A program made the translations under genes and the position numbers. This document shows, one piece after another, positions 13,761 to 32,328 of a stretch of DNA of 64,000 nucleotides (its first letter is position 1; the number at the start of each line of letters is the position of its first letter). The notes under the pieces are model-generated. The model did not search any database, was not told the origin of the DNA, and saw nothing but the letters and a program-made list of their open reading frames with translations. The stretch spans positions 62,001-126,000 of the forward strand of contig CAXHJY010001743.1 of NCBI GenBank assembly GCA_964016885.1, in the 5' to 3' direction. Source of the stretch: Eledone cirrhosa. Its lineage: Eukaryota.

Positions 13761-14107
13761 GAATAAAGCTCATCGGTTCCAATAAGAAATCGGTTAACTG
13801 ATGTTTGCGTAAATGGAAATAGCATTAGAATTCTTTGCGAAAAAAATATCTTTGATATTCTAAGCCCCGGACAATGGATCACAAGGAAAACACAAAATCG
13901 ATTTCGTAACTATATTTACAGAAACTGATTACTGTCTCAAAACATATATTCCAGAAAGCTGTTTACAATGGCAGAGAGGTGTTCACTTTTTGTAAATTCA
14001 ATACACATTTTTCCTACACAAACAACGTCCCCAAAACGAAGATGTTGTTTTATTATATATTCCACCATATGCTAGTACAGTTAAAAGTATAACCACACCC
14101 ATATTTG

Positions 14108-14170
<63 letters not shown>

Positions 14171-14254
14171 AATATATATATATATATATACAGTATATAT
14201 ATATATATATATGTATGCATATATATATATATATATATATATACATAAAAAAAG

Positions 14255-14712
14255 GCCAAAGGAGCTCTTAAGACTCAATGGCCATCCAAAATCACTGGGA
14301 GAGATGACCCCTTAGCTATTGTCAAGGCAGAATTCTAGGAGAAGGAAAACTCTGATATAACACCTGCAACCCTGATTGTATCCAATGATGTTGACTTGTT
14401 CTTCATTTTGGAAAATATCATCTTGGTTAAGAGAGTGGGACTGGCTTTGTGCAGTGCCTTTGCTCACTATAAAAGCTTCACGGCACAGGCATTGCTTTAT
14501 ATCTGGAGATCTCTGATCTCTCTGCACTTGTCGTCACATGGTACCATGGGCCCAGCACTATGTGTCAATAATTGTCACATGTGTAGTGTTTGTACCAGAG
14601 TTTTCAAGTTGCTGGCTGGACTAAAAAGTCACACTCCTTCAGCGCATCGGTAGGGGTTCTCCTACATGGATATAAAGTAGTGGCCGTACTCGAAAACGAG
14701 TTGGCAGCCACC
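14255..14712 (+). mobile_element. Short non-autonomous RTE-derived bipartite element
   Basis: Inverted near-identical paralogue of 5080-5495; flanked by (TA)n. Confidence 0.65.
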
Positions 14713-14727
14713 ATATATATATATATA

Positions 14728-14863
<136 letters not shown>

Positions 14864-15052
14864 GTATAGAGAGAGAGAGAGAGAGAGATAGAGGAAAATG
14901 TTCAAGACGCCGACGGCTATTTCCGGAGTAGTCGAAACGGCTTGTGCTCTTCCAATATACAACAGAGGCGTCGTTCGATTCTCGCTGACGATTCTGTCAC
15001 AAATTTCCCGTGTATTACACACACAGACACACACACACACACACATATATAC

Positions 15053-15149
<97 letters not shown>

Positions 15150-15340
15150 TTACGGGAGGGAGTAGTTGGCTTTGATAAGCATCAATAAATGCAGAAACAA
15201 GGCCTTGTCAGCTTTATCTCCCCCTGTTTGCTGAAATTAAAGTAGGTGAGTCTGTCACTACTCTAAAACAATAGCATACGGTCTTCAAAATGCTTTTAAT
15301 TAAGCATAAGGTGTATTGCAAAATACACTATATATATACA

Positions 15341-15392
<52 letters not shown>

Positions 15393-15394
15393 CA

Positions 15395-15747
15395 CTAGCA
15401 GTGGTACCCGGCGTTGTAAGGAAAATAAACCGAATACTCTGATCGCTGGATAATTTTAAAGATTTTCCTCGATGAAGCGGGAAAACTGCAGGTTTTCACC
15501 TAATGCGGGCCCTTGGGGATCAAGATAATGAATTTTTTATGTGCATAATATGCCTTGAAATTTCGGGAGAATCGGCTAGACTTAACGCCTCAAACGAGCC
15601 CTACAAAGCTGATTATGTACATAACCCTCCCTGAAACATAAGTTATACTCATGTAGAGTTTGAAAAAAATCGGTTGGGTACTTCTCGAGTTTTAGGGATT
15701 CAAACTCACACAAACACCTCACACATCCTCAGTTTTATATATATAGA
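15395..15747 (-). mobile_element. Non-autonomous Helitron
   Basis: Minus strand starts A|TCTATATATATAAAA and ends caacgccgggtaccactgCTAG|T: 5'-TC, 3'-CTAG, inserted between A and T, with a GC-rich subterminal hairpin remnant. Confidence 0.7.
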
Positions 15748-15834
15748 TAACGAAGGAAGTGTGGTAAGGAAACAGGTGGACCATAACGCACCAGTGTACT
15801 CAATACTTTGTGTAGTAGTGTGGGTAATGATACC
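15748..15834. mobile_element. (TA)n-anchored short interspersed repeat, copy 3
   Basis: Same sequence and terminus as 11968-12056; runs directly into the 21-bp array. Confidence 0.6.
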
Positions 15835-18800
15835 ATACACCACACTAACACTACTATGCCAACATAACTACACCAACACTACCACACCAACACTAACACA
15901 CCAATACTACCACACAACACTACCACACAAACACTACCATATACCACACCAACACTACTACACCAACACTAATACACTAACACTACTACACCAACACTAC
16001 CACATCAACACCAACACTACTACACACCATACCAACATTACCACACTAACACTACCAAACACCAAACCTACACTACCATACACCACACCAACTCTACCAT
16101 ACCTCACACTAACACTACCATACACCACACCAACACTACCATACAGCACTAAAACTATCATACACCACACTAACACTACCACACACCACACCAACACTAC
16201 CATACACCACACCAACACTACCGTACACAACACTAACATTACAATACACCACACCAACACGACCATACGCCACACCAACATTACCACACATCACACCAAC
16301 AGTAGTATAGACCACACCATACTACCATACACCACACCAACACTACAATACACAACACTAACACTACCATACATCACACCAACACTACCATACACCACAC
16401 CAACACTACCATACACCACACCAACACTGCCATACACCACACCAACACTACCATACACTACACCAACACTACAACACACCACACCAATACTACACCACAA
16501 CAACACGACCATACACCACACCAACACTACCATATACCACACCAACACTGCCATACACCACACCAACACTATCATACACCACACCAACAATATCGTACAC
16601 CACACCAAAACAACCATACACCACACCAACACTACCATACACCACACCAACACTAACTTACACCACACCAACACTACCATACACCACACCAACACTACCA
16701 TACAGCACACCAATACTACACCACACCAACACGACCATACACCACACCAACACTACCATATACCACACCAACACTACCATACACCACACCAACACTACCA
16801 TACACCACACCAACACTACCATACACCACACCAAAACAACCATACACCACACCAACACTACCATACACCACACCAACACTACCCTACACCACACCAACAC
16901 TACCATACACCACACCAAAACAACCATACACCACACCAACACTTCCATACACCAAACCATCACTACCATACACCACACCAACACTACCCTACACCACACC
17001 AACACTACCATACACCACACCAAAACAACCATACACCACACCATCACTGCCATACACCATACCAACACTACCCTACACCACACCAACACTACCATACACC
17101 ACACCAAAACAACCATACACCACACCAACACTTCCATACACCACACCATCACTACCATACACCACACCAACACTACCTTACACCACACCAACACTACCAT
17201 ACACCACACCAAAACAACCATACACCACACCATCACTACTATACACCACACCAACACTACCATACAGCACTAAAACTATCATACACCACACTAACACTAC
17301 CACACACCACACCAACACTACCATACACCACACCAACACTACCGTACACAACACTAACATTACAATACACCACACCAACACGACCATACGCCACACCAAC
17401 ATTACCACACATCACACCAACAGTAGTATAGACCACACCATACTACCATACACCACACCAACACTACCATACACAACACTAACACTACCATACATCACAC
17501 CAACACTACCATACACCACACCAACACTACCATACACCACACCAACACTGCCATACACCACACCAACACTACCATACACTACACCAACACTACAACACAC
17601 CACACCAATACTACACCACAACAACACGACCATACACCACACCAACACTACCATATACCACACCAACACTGCCATACACCACACCAACACTATCATACAC
17701 CACACCAACAATATCGTACACCACACCAAAACAACCATACACCACACCAACACTACCATACACCACACCAACACTAACTTACACCACACCAACACTACCA
17801 TACACCACACCAACACTACCATACAGCACACCAATACTACACCACACCAACACGACCATACACCACACCAACACTACCATATACCACACCAACACTACCA
17901 TACACCACACCAACACTACCATACACCACACCAACACTACCATACACCACACCAAAACAACCATACACCACACCAACACTACCATACACCACACCAACAC
18001 TACCCTACACCACACCAACACTACCATACACCACACCAAAACAACCATACACCACACCAACACTTCCATACACCAAACCATCACTACCATACACCACACC
18101 AACACTACCCTACACCACACCAACACTACCATACACCACACCAAAACAACCATACACCACACCATCACTGCCATACACCATACCAACACTACCCTACACC
18201 ACACCAACACTACCATACACCACACCAAAACAACCATACACCACACCAACACTTCCATACACCACACCATCACTACCATACACCACACCAACACTACCTT
18301 ACACCACACCAACACTACCATACACCACACCAAAACAACCATACACCACACCATCACTACTATACACCACACCAACACTACCCTACACCACACCAACACT
18401 ACCATACACCACACCAAAACAACCATACACCACACCATCACTACCATACACCACACCAACACTACCCTACACCACACCAACACTACCATACACCACACCA
18501 AAACAACCATACACCACACCAACACTTCCATACACCACACCATCACTACCATACACCACACCAACACTACCCTACACCACACCAACACTACCATACACCA
18601 TACCAAAACAACCATACACCACACCAACACTACCACACACCACACCAACACTACAACACACCACAACAACACTACCACACACCACACCAACACTACCATA
18701 CACCACACCATGCCAATAATACCATACACCACACCAATACTACTATACACCACACCAACAATACCATACACCAACACACCAACAATACCATACACCACAA

Positions 18801-21800
18801 CAACTCTACTATACTCCGCACCAACACTTCCATACTGGACCACACCAACACCACCATACACCACACCAACACCACCATACACCACACCAATACTACCATA
18901 CACCACACCAACACTACCATACACCACCAAACCAACACTACCATACCATACAGCACATCAACCATACCATACACAACATCACACCAACACTACCATACAC
19001 CACCACACCGACACTAACACACGCCACACCAACCCTACCATACACAACACCAACACTACCATACACCACACTCAAACTACCAGACACCACACCAACACTA
19101 CCATACACCACCACATCAACACTACCACACACCACACCAATACTACCATAAAACCACGCCAACACTAACACACACCACACCAACACTAACAGACACCACA
19201 CCAACACTACCATACACCACACCAACACTACCATACACCACACCAACACTACCATACACCACACCAACACTACCATGCACCACACCAACATTACCATACA
19301 CCACACCAACACTACCATACACCACACCAACACTACCATACACTAGACAAACACTACCATACATCACACCAACACTATTATACACCACACCAACACTACC
19401 ATACACCACCACACCAAAACTACCATATCATACGCCACATCAACCCTAGCATACAACACACCAATAATAGCATACACCACACCCACACTACCATACACCA
19501 CACCACACCAACACTACCATACACCACACCAATACTACCATACACCACTCCAACACTACCAGACACCACTCCAACACTACCACACACCACACCAACACTA
19601 CCATACACCACACCAACACTACCACACACCACACCAACACTACCATACATAACACTAACACTACCATACATCACCCTAACACTACCATACACCACACTAA
19701 CACTACCACACACCACACCAACACTACTATACACCACACCACACCAATACTACCATACACCACATCAACACTACCATACATCACACTAACACTACCACAC
19801 ACCACACCATCACTACCATACACCTCACCAACAGTACCATACACCACACCAACACTACCATACACAACACCAACACTACCATACACCACACCAACACTAC
19901 CATACACCACACCAACTCTACCATACACCTCACCAACACTACCATACACCACACCAACACGACCATACACCACACCAACACTACCATATACCACTTCATC
20001 ACTACCATACACCACACCAACACTATCACACACCACACCAACACTACCATACACCACACCAATATTACCACTCATCACACCAACACTACGATACACCACA
20101 CCAACACTACCATACACCACACCAACACTACCATACACCACACCAAAACTACCATACACCACACCACACCAATATCACCATACATCACACCAACACTACC
20201 ATACACCACACCAACACTACAATACATCACACCAACACTACCATACACCACACCAACACCACCATACACCACACCAACACTACAATACACCACACCAACA
20301 CTACCATACACCACACCAACACTACCATACATCACACCAACACTACCATACACCACACCAACACCACCATACACCACACCAACACTACAATACACCAAAC
20401 CAACACTACCATACACCACACCAACACTACCATACACCACACCAACACTACCATACACCACACCAATACCACAATACATCACACCAACACTGCCATACAC
20501 CACACCAACACTACCATACACCACACCAACACTACCATACACAACACCAACACTACCACACATCACACCAACACTACCATACACCACACCAACACTACCA
20601 TACAACACACCAATACTACCATACACCACACCAACACTACTATACACCGCGCCAATACCACCATACATCACACCAACACTACCATACACAACACCAACAC
20701 TACCACACATCACACCAACACTACCATACACCACACCAACACTACCATACACCACACCAATACTACCATACACCACACCAACACTACCATACACCACACC
20801 AACGCTACCATACACCACACCAACACTACCATACACCACACCAACACTACCATACACCACACCAACACTACCATACACCACACCAATACCACCATACATC
20901 AAACCAACACTACCATACACCACACCAACACTACCACACATCACACCAACACTACCATACACCACACTAACACTACCATACACCAAACCATCACTACCAT
21001 ACACCACACCAACACTACCATACACCACACCAACACTACCATATACCACACCAACACTACCATACACCACTTCATCACTACCATACACCACACCAATATT
21101 ACCAAACATCACACCAACACTACCATACACAACACCAACATTACCATACACCACACCAACACTACCACACACCACACCAACTCTACCATACACCACACCA
21201 ACACTACCATACATAACACCAACACTACAATACACCACGCTAACACTACCATACACCACACCAACACTGCCATACACCACACCAACACTACCATACACCA
21301 CACCACAGGAATACTACCATACACCTCACCAACACTACCATAAAACCACGCCAACACTAACACTACCATACACCACACCAACACTACCATACACCACACC
21401 CACACTACCATACACCACTCCAACACTACCATACACCATACGAACACTACCATACATAACACGAACACTACCATACACCACACCAACACTACTATACACC
21501 ACACCAACACTACCATACACCACACCAACACTACCATACACCACACCAACACTACCATACATCACACCAACACTACCATACACCACACCAACACTACCAT
21601 ACATCACACCAACACTACCATCCACCACTCCAACACTACCATCCACCAAACCAACACTACCATATACCACTTCATCACTACCATACACCACACCAATATT
21701 ACCACACACCACACCAAAACTACCATCCATCACTCCAACACTACCATACACCACACCAAAACTACTATAAACCACACCAACACTACCATACACCACACCA

Positions 21801-24800
21801 ACACTACCATACACCATACCAACACTACCATACACCATACCAACACTACCATACACCACACCAACACTACCATACACCACACCACACCAATACTATCATA
21901 CACCACACCAACACCACCATACACCACACCAACACTACCATACACCACGCCAACACTACCATGCACCACACCAACACAACCATATACCACTTCATCACTA
22001 CCATACACCACACCAATATTACCACACATCACACCAACACTACGACACACCACACCAACACTACCATACATCTCACCAAGACTACCATACACCACACCAT
22101 CACTACCATACACCTCACCAAGACTACCATACACCACACCACACCAATACTATCATTCACCACACCAACACCACAATGCACCACACCAACACTACCATAT
22201 ACCACTTCATCACTACCATACACCACACCAACAATACCATACACCACACCAACACTACCATACACCACACTAACACTACCATACATCACACTAACATTAC
22301 CATACACCACACCAACACTGCCATACACCACACCAACACTACCATACACCACACCAACACTACCACACACCACACCAACACTTCCATACACCACACTAAC
22401 ACTACCATACATCACACTAACATTACCATACACCACACCAACACTGCCATACACCACACTAACATTACCATACACCACACCAACACAACCATACATTACC
22501 ACACCAACACTACCATAGACAACACCAACACTGCCATACACGACACCAACACTACCATACACCACACCAACACTACGTTACACCACACCAACACTAGCAT
22601 ACACCACACCAACACTACCATACAGCACGCCAAACAAATAGTCCCAGACACGACACCAACACTACCACACACCACACCAACACTAACATACACCACTTCA
22701 TCACTACCATACACCACACCAATATTACCAAACATCACACCAACACTACCATACACAACACCAACATTACCATACAACACACCAACACTACCACACACCA
22801 CACCAACTCTACCATACACCACACCAACACTACCATACATAACACCAACACTACAATAAACCACGCTAACACTACCATACACCACACCAACACTGCCATA
22901 CACCACACCAATACTACCATACACCACACCACACCAATACTACCATACACCTCACTAACACTACCATACACCACACCAACACTGCCATACACACACCAAC
23001 ACTACCATACACCACACCACAGGAATACTACCATACACCTCACCAACACTCCCATAAAACCACGCCAACGCTAACACACACCACACTAACACTACCATAC
23101 ATCACACTAACACTACCATACACCACACCAACACTACCATACACCACACCCACACTACCATACACCACTCCAACACTACCATACACCATACCAACACTAC
23201 CATACATAACACGAACACTACCATACACCACACCAACACTACTATACACCACACCAACACTACCATACACCACACCAACACTACCATACACCACACCAAC
23301 ACTACCATACATCACACCAACACTACCATACACCACACCAACACTACCATACATCACACCAACACTACCATCCACCACTCCAACACTACCATCCACCAAA
23401 CCAACACTACCATATACCACTTCATCACTACCATACACCACACCAACACTACCATACACCACACTAACACTACTACACACCACACCAACACTACCATACA
23501 CCACACCAACACTACCATACACCATACCAAAACTACCATACACCACACCAACACTACCATACACCATACCAACACTACCATACACCACACCAACACTACA
23601 ACACACCACACCAACACTACCATACATCACACTAACACTAGCATACACCACGCCAACACTACCATACACCACGCCAACACTACCATATACCATTTCATCA
23701 CTACCATACACCACACCAACACTACCATACACCACACCAACACTACCATACATCACACTAACACTACTACACACCACACCAACACTACCATACACCACAC
23801 CAACACTACCATACACCACACAAACACTATCATACACCACACCAACACTACCATACACCACACCAATACTATCATACACCACACCAACACCACCATACAC
23901 CACACCAACACTACCAGACACCACACCAACTCTACCATATACCACACCAACACTACCATACACCACACCAACACTACCATACACCACACCAACACTACCA
24001 TACACCACACCACACCAATACTATCATACACCACACCAACACCACCATACACCTCACCAACACTACCATACACCACGCCAACACTACTATACACCACACC
24101 AACACAACCATATACCACTTCATCACTACCATACACCACACCAATATTACCACACATCACACCAACACTACGACACACCACACCAACACTACCATACATC
24201 ACACCAAGACTACCATACACCACACCATCACTACCATACACCACACCATCACTACCATACACCTCACCAAGACTACCATACACCACACCACACCAATACT
24301 ATCATTCACCACACCAACACCACCATGCACCACACCAACACTATCATATACCACTTCATCACTACCATACACCACACCAACAATACCATACACCACACCA
24401 ACACTACCATACACCACACTAACACTACCATACATCACACTAACATTACCATACACCACACCAACACTGCCATACATCACACCAACACTACCATACACCA
24501 CACCAACACTACCATACACCACACCAACACTACCATACACCACACTAACACTACCATACATCACACTAACATTACCATACACCACACCAACACTACCATA
24601 CATTACCACACCAACACTACCATAGACAACGCCAACACTGCCATACACGACACCAACACTACCATACACCACACCAACACTACGTTACACCACACCAACA
24701 CTAGCATACACCACACCAACACTACCATACAGCACGCCAAACAAATAGTCCCAGACACGACACCAACGCTACCACACACCACACCAACACTACCACACAC

Positions 24801-27800
24801 CACACCAACACTAACATACATAACACTAACACTACCATACACCACACCAACACTACCATACACCACACTAACACTACCACACACCACACCAACACTACCA
24901 TACACCACACCAACACTGCCATACAGAAAAATAACACTACCATACACCACACCAACACTACCATACACCACACCAACACTACCATACACTACACCAAAAC
25001 TACCATACACCACACCAACACTATTATACACCGCACCAACACTACCATATCATACACCACATCAACACTACCATACAACACACCAATAGTATCATACACC
25101 ACACCCACACTACCATTCACCGCACCACACCAAAACTACCATACACCACACCAACACTATTATACACCACACCAACACTACCATACACCACACCAAAACT
25201 ACCATACACCACACACACCAATAGTATCATACACCATACAACACACCAATAGTATCATACACCACACCCACACTACCATACGCCGCACCACACCAAAACT
25301 ACCATACACCACAAAAACACTACCATACACCATACCAACACTACCATACACCACACCAACACTACCACACACCACACCAACACTACCATACATCACACTA
25401 ACACTACCATACACCACGCCAACACTACCATACACCACGCCAACACTACCATATACCATTTCATCACTACCATACACCACACCAACACTACCATACACCA
25501 CACCAACACTACCATACATCACACTAACACTACTACACACCACACCAACACTACCATACACCACACCAACACTACCATACACCACACAAACACTATCATA
25601 CACCACACCAACACTACCATACACCACACCAATACTATCATACACCACACCAACACCACCATACACCACACCAACACTACCAGACACCACACCAACTCTA
25701 CCATATACCACACCAACACTACCATACACCACACCAACACTACCATACACAACACCAACACTACCATACACCACACCACACCAATACTATCTTACACCAC
25801 ACCAACACCACCATACACCACACCAACACTACCATACACCACGCCAACACTACCATACACCACACCAACACAACCATATACCACTTCATCACTACCATAC
25901 ACCACACCAATATTACCACACATCACACCAACACTACGACACACCACACCAACACTACCATACATCTCACCAAGACTACCATACACCACACCATCACTAC
26001 CATACACCACACCATCACTACCATACACCTCACCAAGACTACCATACACCACACCACACCAATACTATCATTCACCACACCAACACCACCATGCACCACA
26101 CCAACACTACCATATACCACTTCATCACTACCATACACCACACCAACAATACCATACACCACACCAACACTACCATACACCACACTAACACTACCATACA
26201 TCACACTAACATTACCATACACCACACCAACACTGCCATACATCACACCAACACTACCATACACCACACCAACACTACCATACACCACACCAACACTACC
26301 ATACACCACACTAACACTACCATACATCACACTAACATTACCATACACCACACCAACACTGTCATACACCACACTAACATTACCATACACCACACCAACA
26401 CTACCATACATTACCACACCAACACTAACATAGACAACACCAACACTGCCATACACGACACCAACACTACCATACACCACACCAACACTACCATACACCA
26501 CACCAACACTACGTTACACCACACCAACACTAGCATACACCACACCAACACTACCATACAGCACGCCAAACAAATAGTCCCAGACACGACACCAACACTA
26601 CCACACACCACACCAACACTACCACACACCACACCAACACTAACATACATAACACTAACACTACCATACACCACACCAACACTACCATACACCACACTAA
26701 CACTACCACACACCACACCAACACTACCATACACCACACCAACACTGCCATACAGAAAAAAAAACACTACCATACACCACACCAACACTACCATACACCA
26801 CACCAACACTACCATACACTACACCAAAACTACCATACACCACACCAACACTATTATACACCGCACCAACACTACCATATCATACACCACATCAACACTA
26901 CCATACAACACACCAATAGTATCATACACCACACCCACACTACCATTCACCGCACCACACCAAAACTACCATACACCACACCAACACTATTATACACCAC
27001 ACCAACACTACCATACACCACACCAAAACTACCATACACCACACACACCAATAGTATCATACACCATACAACACACCAATAGTATCATACACCACACCCA
27101 CACTACCATACGCCGCACCACACCAAAACTACCATACACCACACCAACACTATTATACACCACACCAACACTACCATACACCACACCAAAACTACCATAC
27201 ACCACTCCAACCCTACCACACACACACCAACACTACCATACGCAAACACCAACACTACCATACACCACAGCAATACTACCATACACCACACCAACACTAT
27301 CATACACCACACCAACACTACCATACACCACACCAACACTACCATACAGCACCCCAAACTACCATACACCACACCAACACTACTATACACCACACCAACA
27401 CTACCATACACCACACCAACACTACGATACACCACACCAACACTACCATACACCACACCAACACTACTATACACCAAACACCACACCAACACAACCATAC
27501 ACCACACCAACACTACCATACACCACACCAACACTACTATACACCACACCAACACTACCATACACCACACCAACACTACCATACACCACACAACACCAAT
27601 ACTACCATACACCACACCAACACTACCAGAGATCACAACAAACAAAAAGTATCAGACACGACAGCAACACTACCACACACCACACCAACACTACCATACC
27701 ACACCAACACTACAATACGCCACACCAACACTGCCATACACCACACCAACTCTACCATACACCACACCAACACTACCATACACCACACCAACACTACCAT

Positions 27801-30495
27801 ACAGCACACCACACCAATACTACCATAAAACCTTGCCAACACTAACACACACCACACTAACACTACCATACACCACACCAACACTACCATACACCACACC
27901 ATACCAATACTACCATACACCACACCAACACTACTATACACAACACCAACACTACCATACACCACACCATACCAACACTACCATACACCACACCAACACT
28001 ACCAGACACCACACCAACACTACCAGACACAACACCAACACTACCAGACACCACACCAACACTACCATACACCATACCAACTCTACCATATACCACACCA
28101 ATCCTACCATACACCACACCAACACTACCACACACCACGCCAACACTACCACACACCACACCAACACTACCACACACCACACCAACACTACCATACATCA
28201 CACTAACACTACCATACACCACGCCAACACTACCATACACCACGCCAACACTACCATATACCACTTCATCACTACCATACACCACACCAACACTACCATA
28301 CGCCACACCAACACTACCATACACCACACAAACACTATCATACACCACACCAACACTACCATACACCACACCAACACTATCATACACCACACCAACACTA
28401 CCACACACCACACCAACACTACCATACACCACACCAACACTACCATACACCACACCAACACTACCATACACCACACCAACACTGCCATTCACCACACCAA
28501 CACTACCATACACCACGCCAACACTACCATACACCACGCCAACACTACCATACACCAGACCAACACTCCCACACACCACACCAACACTACCATACACCAC
28601 ACCAACACTACCATACACCACACCAACACTGCCATACACCACACCAGTACTACCACACACCACATCAACACTACCATACACCGCACCATACCAGTACTAC
28701 CACACACCACATCAACACTACCATACACCACACCATACCAGTACTACCATACAGCACATCAACACTACTATACACCACATCAATACTACCACACACCACA
28801 CCAACACTACCATACGCCACACCAACACTACAACACACCACACCAGACAAATAGTACGAGACACCACATTAACACTACCATACATCACACCAACACTACC
28901 ATACACCACACCAACGCTACCATAGACCACACCAACACTGCTTTACACCACACCAACACCAACATACACCACACCAACACTACGATACACCACACCAATA
29001 ATGCCATACAGCACACCAACACTACCATACAGCACACCAGACAAATAGTACCAGACACCACACTAACACTACCATACATCACATCAACACTACCACACAC
29101 CACACCAACACTACCATACACCACACTAACACTAACATACACCACACCAACACTACCATACACCACACCAACACTACCATACACCACACCAACACTACGA
29201 TACACCATACCAACACTACCATACACCACACCAACACTACCATACACCACACCAACACTACGATACACCACACCAACACTACCATACACCACACCAACAC
29301 TACCATACATCACACCAACACTACCATACACCACACCAACACTGCCATACACCACACCAGTACTACCACACACCACATCAACACTACCATACACCACAGC
29401 ATACCAGTACTACCACACACCACATCAACAATACTATACACCACATCAATACTACCACACACCACACCAACACTATCATACACCACAACAACACTATCAT
29501 ACACCACAACAACACGAACAGACACCACACCAACACTACCATACACCACACCAACACTACCATACACCACACCAACACTACCATACACTACACCAACACT
29601 ACCACACACCACACCAACACTACCATACACCACACCAACACTACCATACACCACACCAACACTACCATACATCACACCAGACAAATAGTACCAGACACCA
29701 CAGTAACACTACCATACATCACACCAACACTACCATACGCCACACCAACACTACCATACACCACACCAACACTACCATACACCACACCAACACTGCCATA
29801 CACCACACTAACACTACCATACACCACACCAACAGTACCATACATCACACCAACACTACCATCACCACACAAACACTCCCATACACCACACCAACACTAC
29901 CATACAGCACACCAACACAACCATACACCACACCAGCACTACCATACACCACACCAATACTACCATACACGAGACCAATTTTACCATATACCACACCAAT
30001 ACTACCACACACCACACCCATACTACCATACACCACACCAACACTACCATACACCACACCAATACTACCATACATCACACCAACACTACCATACACGACA
30101 CCAATTCTACCATATACCACACCAATACTACCACACACCACACCAATACTACCATACACCACACCAACACTACAACACACCACACCAACACTACCACACA
30201 CCACACCAACACTACCATATACCACACCAATACTACCAGACACCACACCAACACTACCATACACCACACCAACACTACAACACACCACACCAACACTAAC
30301 ATATACCACACCAACACTACCATATACCACACCAATACTACCACACACCACACCAACACTACCACACACCACACCAACACTACAACACACCACACCAACA
30401 CTACCACACACCACACCAACACTACCAAACACCACACCACACCAATACTACCATACACCTCACCACACTAACACTACCCTACACGATGCCAACTA
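15835..30495. repeat. Large 21-bp minisatellite array, consensus caccacaccaacactaccata (~14.7 kb, roughly 700 units)
   Basis: Directly visible. Translates as heptads YTTPTLP/HHTNTTI/TPHQHYH with frequent frame switches. Contains internal block duplications. Confidence 0.98.
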
Positions 30496-30764
30496 ATCAA
30501 TACTTCACTTTATCAAAATTATCCGGCTAAATGTTTGTCGAACGCTTTTGCTTTCTTGATCAAAGGCAGAGATCAATGATCGATCAATGCTATTGATTTT
30601 AATGGGAGTTGGGATTAAGTTTGTAATGATACTAAATTTTCTCCGGTCATTAGATACATCAATTGAATATAACCACAGCAACAACAACAACGACATCTAG
30701 GAAAAGAACCTCCTTGTTGTTTAATCAAGGAAGAAGATGGGATTTTAAAATGACAAAGGCTTAT

Positions 30765-31125
30765 CCATTTAGCGAGGAAAAAGGAAAGTGTTTATTCTTT
30801 TAGCGAGGAAAAAGTCATACCCTGTTCTTTTAGCGATGAAAAAAGCCAGGTTTTATACTTTTATCAAGAAAAAAAGAAAGGTTTTATTCTTTTAGCGAGG
30901 AAAAGAGCCAGGTTTTATTCTTTTAGCAAGGAAAAAAGAAAGGATTCATTCTTTTAGCGAGGAAAAAAGCCAGGTTTTATTCTTTTAGCAAGGAAAAAAA
31001 TAAAAAATGTATTCTTTTAGCGAGGAAAAAAAGGTAGGGTTTATTCTTTTTGCGGGGAAAAAGGACGAGGTCTATTCTTTTAGCGAGGAAAAGAGAAAGG
31101 GTTTATTCTTTTAGGAGGAAAAAAC
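30765..31125. repeat. ~31-bp tandem repeat (ttattcttttagcgaggaaaaaagccaggtt), ~11-12 copies
   Basis: Recurring ttttagcgaggaaaa core at ~31-nt period. Confidence 0.9.
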
Positions 31126-31639
31126 CCGAAGTTTATTATTATTTCCTCTACCACGTTAAACTGATAGTTAACACCCAAATATCCTGTCCAGCAAATTTCA
31201 CTCACTATGTGTGCATAGACCCGAGGCTATGGTTGAAGACATTTACTCAAAATACCTCGCCGTTGGACCGAACTCGAAACCACATGATTGCATATCTAAC
31301 TACTTACCCCCATCGACCATCCATGGGCCTATCTTGTATTGTCTTGTCACGAGATTATTACTATTGACAGCATCACTCACCATCAACTTAGATATACCTT
31401 TTAATATACGAATGCAAATTCGGTTATTGATTTTTTATGTAACAATTCTACGTTTACATTTCCTCTAGCCATATTTATATTCCTTATTCTATTAGAAACT
31501 ACTGTATTTCAAACTATTTCGCTTCAATAATAGAATGAATAATAATAATAATAATAATACAACAGTATATAACTTCATATGGAATAAAACTGTCTCCTTA
31601 TCTACACCTGCTTATATATATACATATATATATATATAA

Positions 31640-31740
<101 letters not shown>

Positions 31741-31749
31741 TATATGTAT

Positions 31750-31808
<59 letters not shown>

Positions 31809-32215
31809 ATGTATTTCCTCGTACATCGTTTCTCTTAGTCATACTTTATTCTGTCTAAGGGCGAAACATCTACTGGGAATGGGATAACAATATTTGTTTA
31901 TCCCTCTCTGTAATCACAATGTCTGGTCTTCTTCTTCTTCTTCTTCTTCTTCTTCTTCTTCTTCTTCTTCTTCTTCTTCTTCTTCTTCTTCTTCTTCTTC
32001 TTCTTCTTCTTCTTCTTCTTCTATATATATATATATACACACACACATATATATATAACAGTAATGATAATAATAATATAACACTAATATTAATACTACT
32101 AAGCTCTTTTTTCTCACTCCGCATTTTTTTTATCTATAAATCATAAGATGATAACAGAAGAAACTTTTCAAATGTTTTACACAATTGCCAATGGACCAGC
32201 TTTGCTACATTATCG

Positions 32216-32328
<113 letters not shown>

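Noticed and set aside
15674-30496. Long ORFs (585, 584, 887 aa etc.) resembling mucin-like or His-rich proteins
   Set aside because: The 21-bp unit is stop-free in most frames, so long ORFs are expected. Frames switch repeatedly between heptad types, which argues against coding constraint.
30765-31125. Repeat-spacer-like pattern
   Set aside because: The variable parts are degenerate versions of one another; this is an ordinary ~31-bp minisatellite.
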